DNA from: an uncultured Acidobacteriota bacterium
GTDB taxonomy: Bacteria > Acidobacteriota > UBA6911 > RPQK01 > JAPXNP01
Assembly: GCA_963777605.1 (NCBI GenBank)
Contig: CAVZRV010000031.1
Coordinates: 320,001 to 384,000, forward strand
Length of the DNA stretch: 64,000 nt
Direction of reading: 5' to 3'
Below, piece after piece: positions 62,606-64,000 of the stretch. How positions within the stretch are numbered: the first letter of the stretch is position 1; every line of letters starts with the position of its first letter. A program made the translations under genes and the position numbers. The notes below the pieces were generated by a model. It worked only from the letters and a program-made list of their open reading frames with translations, searched no databases and was not told the DNA's origin.

Positions 62606-64000
62606 ATGCGCCATTATTCACTACTCTGGTTTGTCTTATGCTCGTTGGTCGCATCCGTGCCGGCTCAGGAGAAGGTTGACGTGCACCCTTCCCGGGGAGT
62701 TGCCGGAAACTTCGGTACCTGGCGCGTGATTTACACGGTCGGCCGGGAAGGTATGGACAAGGGAGGAGGTATTCGGGTTCAGCTTCCCGATTCATGGCAC
62801 GCCGGACCAAGGAACTCCGCCAATGCCCTTCAGGCCACCAAACCATCAGAAGATCACTACGTGGCGGCCTATTCTTCGAATCCAAGCGTTTCCCTTAAGG
62901 TCGAGGTCGAGGGAGAGAGCGACGATATTCTCGTCAAGAGCGCGCGTCTGGGACTCGACAACCGGCTGGAACGCTATGTTTTCGTCGTCCGAGTTGAGGT
63001 CCAATCCGGTCAACTGGGAGAGGGAGACCAACTCGCAGTCGTCTACGGGGACACCACCGGTGGAAGCCGGGGGATGAGAGCTTCGGTGATTTCCACTGAG
63101 CCGGAGCCGATCCTGGTTGCAGTTGACCGGGCGGGGACCGATGATTGGGAATTGTTGTCGGACTTGCCGACGATTCAGTCGATCTCCGGACCGGCCCACG
63201 AACTGAAGATCGTTGGCCCCTCTCAGGTTGTGGTGGGACAAGATTCGCCCCTGAAAATTGCGATCGTCGACGAGAACGCCAACCCTGTCTCAGGATTTCA
63301 CGGATCCATCGAACTGAAAGTCAGCCAGGGTTCTGCCGACATCCCAACAAAGACCGCGGTCGATTTCGCAAATGGCTGGGGGAAACTGCCCTTCACCGCC
63401 CGGAAAGAAGGAATCATCCGGATCTCGGCAACAGCGCTGGACGGCCTGCTGGAGGCCGACTCCAATCCGATTCAGGCACTCGAATCCATGCCTCGAGAGC
63501 GGATCCTATGGGGAGACCTCCATTCCCACAGCCATTACAGTTGGGATGGAGTGGGACATCAGCCGTTCGATTATGCCCGATACGTTTCGGGACTCGATTT
63601 CTACGCGCTGACCGATCACTCCCAGGCACCCAAGGACGGGCACAGTCGAGGCCTCGGATTGCCCGTGTGGGATGAGTACAATTCGCTGACCGAAAAGCAT
63701 TATGCCCCAGGTGAGTTCGTTACCCTTCACGCCTACGAGGTTTCGTTTGGAGCCCCATACGGACACCACAATGTCTTCTTTCGGGGCAGCCCCGGAGAGC
63801 TCGTGCCAGTCGACGGCACTACGCTTCCACAGCTCTGGCAGGCCCTGGTCAAAGGCGAAGCACTGACGATTCCCCATCATACGGGGAAGTTTCCCAGCCC
63901 GGTTCGGTGGGACGTTCAAGATCCGGAACTTCGGCGCAACATTGAGATCTACTCCGCCCACGGTCTCAGTGAAGCGTACGATCCCTCTCATCCCCTGGCC
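62606..64000 (+). CDS. Secreted PHP-fold metallohydrolase (DUF3604/CehA-McbA-like), runs off the window
   Basis: Not in the ORF track. MRHYSLLWFV.. signal peptide; WGDLHSHS..S.DG, LDF.ALTDH, YE..GHHNV, IPHH, IEIYS.HG. Confidence 0.85.
   Translation, partial: MRHYSLLWFVLCSLVASVPAQEKVDVHPSRGVAGNFGTWRVIYTVGREGMDKGGGIRVQLPDSWHAGPRNSANALQATKPSEDHYVAAYSSNPSVSLKVEVEGESDDILVKSARLGLDNRLERYVFVVRVEVQSGQLGEGDQLAVVYGDTTGGSRGMRASVISTEPEPILVAVDRAGTDDWELLSDLPTIQSISGPAHELKIVGPSQVVVGQDSPLKIAIVDENANPVSGFHGSIELKVSQGSADIPTKTAVDFANGWGKLPFTARKEGIIRISATALDGLLEADSNPIQALESMPRERILWGDLHSHSHYSWDGVGHQPFDYARYVSGLDFYALTDHSQAPKDGHSRGLGLPVWDEYNSLTEKHYAPGEFVTLHAYEVSFGAPYGHHNVFFRGSPGELVPVDGTTLPQLWQALVKGEALTIPHHTGKFPSPVRWDVQDPELRRNIEIYSAHGLSEAYDPSHPLA

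Overview
GC-rich (roughly 60%) bacterial chromosomal segment. The gene content suggests Acidobacteriota, but that is an inference. The assembly carries many single-base frameshifts that look like read errors. Main blocks: (1) 1-17.6 kb, a copper-handling island with a P-II-like gene, copA, DUF3347, cusCBA, a duplicated HxH-GGC protein and a NosL-like protein, driven by three sigma54-type promoters. It is interrupted by a minus-strand block containing an ArsM-fold methyltransferase that reads through an in-frame UGA followed by a SECIS-like hairpin (probable selenoprotein) and two PepSY-TM genes. (2) 18-25 kb, kamA plus a Rab-like small GTPase, MBL hydrolase, REC-anti-sigma kinase, coiled-coil protein and OmpA protein. 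(3) 34-40.5 kb, a caa3 oxidase plus Rieske/cytochrome b-c operon. (4) Many secreted hydrolases and beta-propellers, a sulfatase and an FGE-domain gene. (5) A RAYT-type HUH transposase, several REP/REPIN-like palindrome families, an IS6 remnant and gene fragments. No rRNA, tRNA or CRISPR array was seen.
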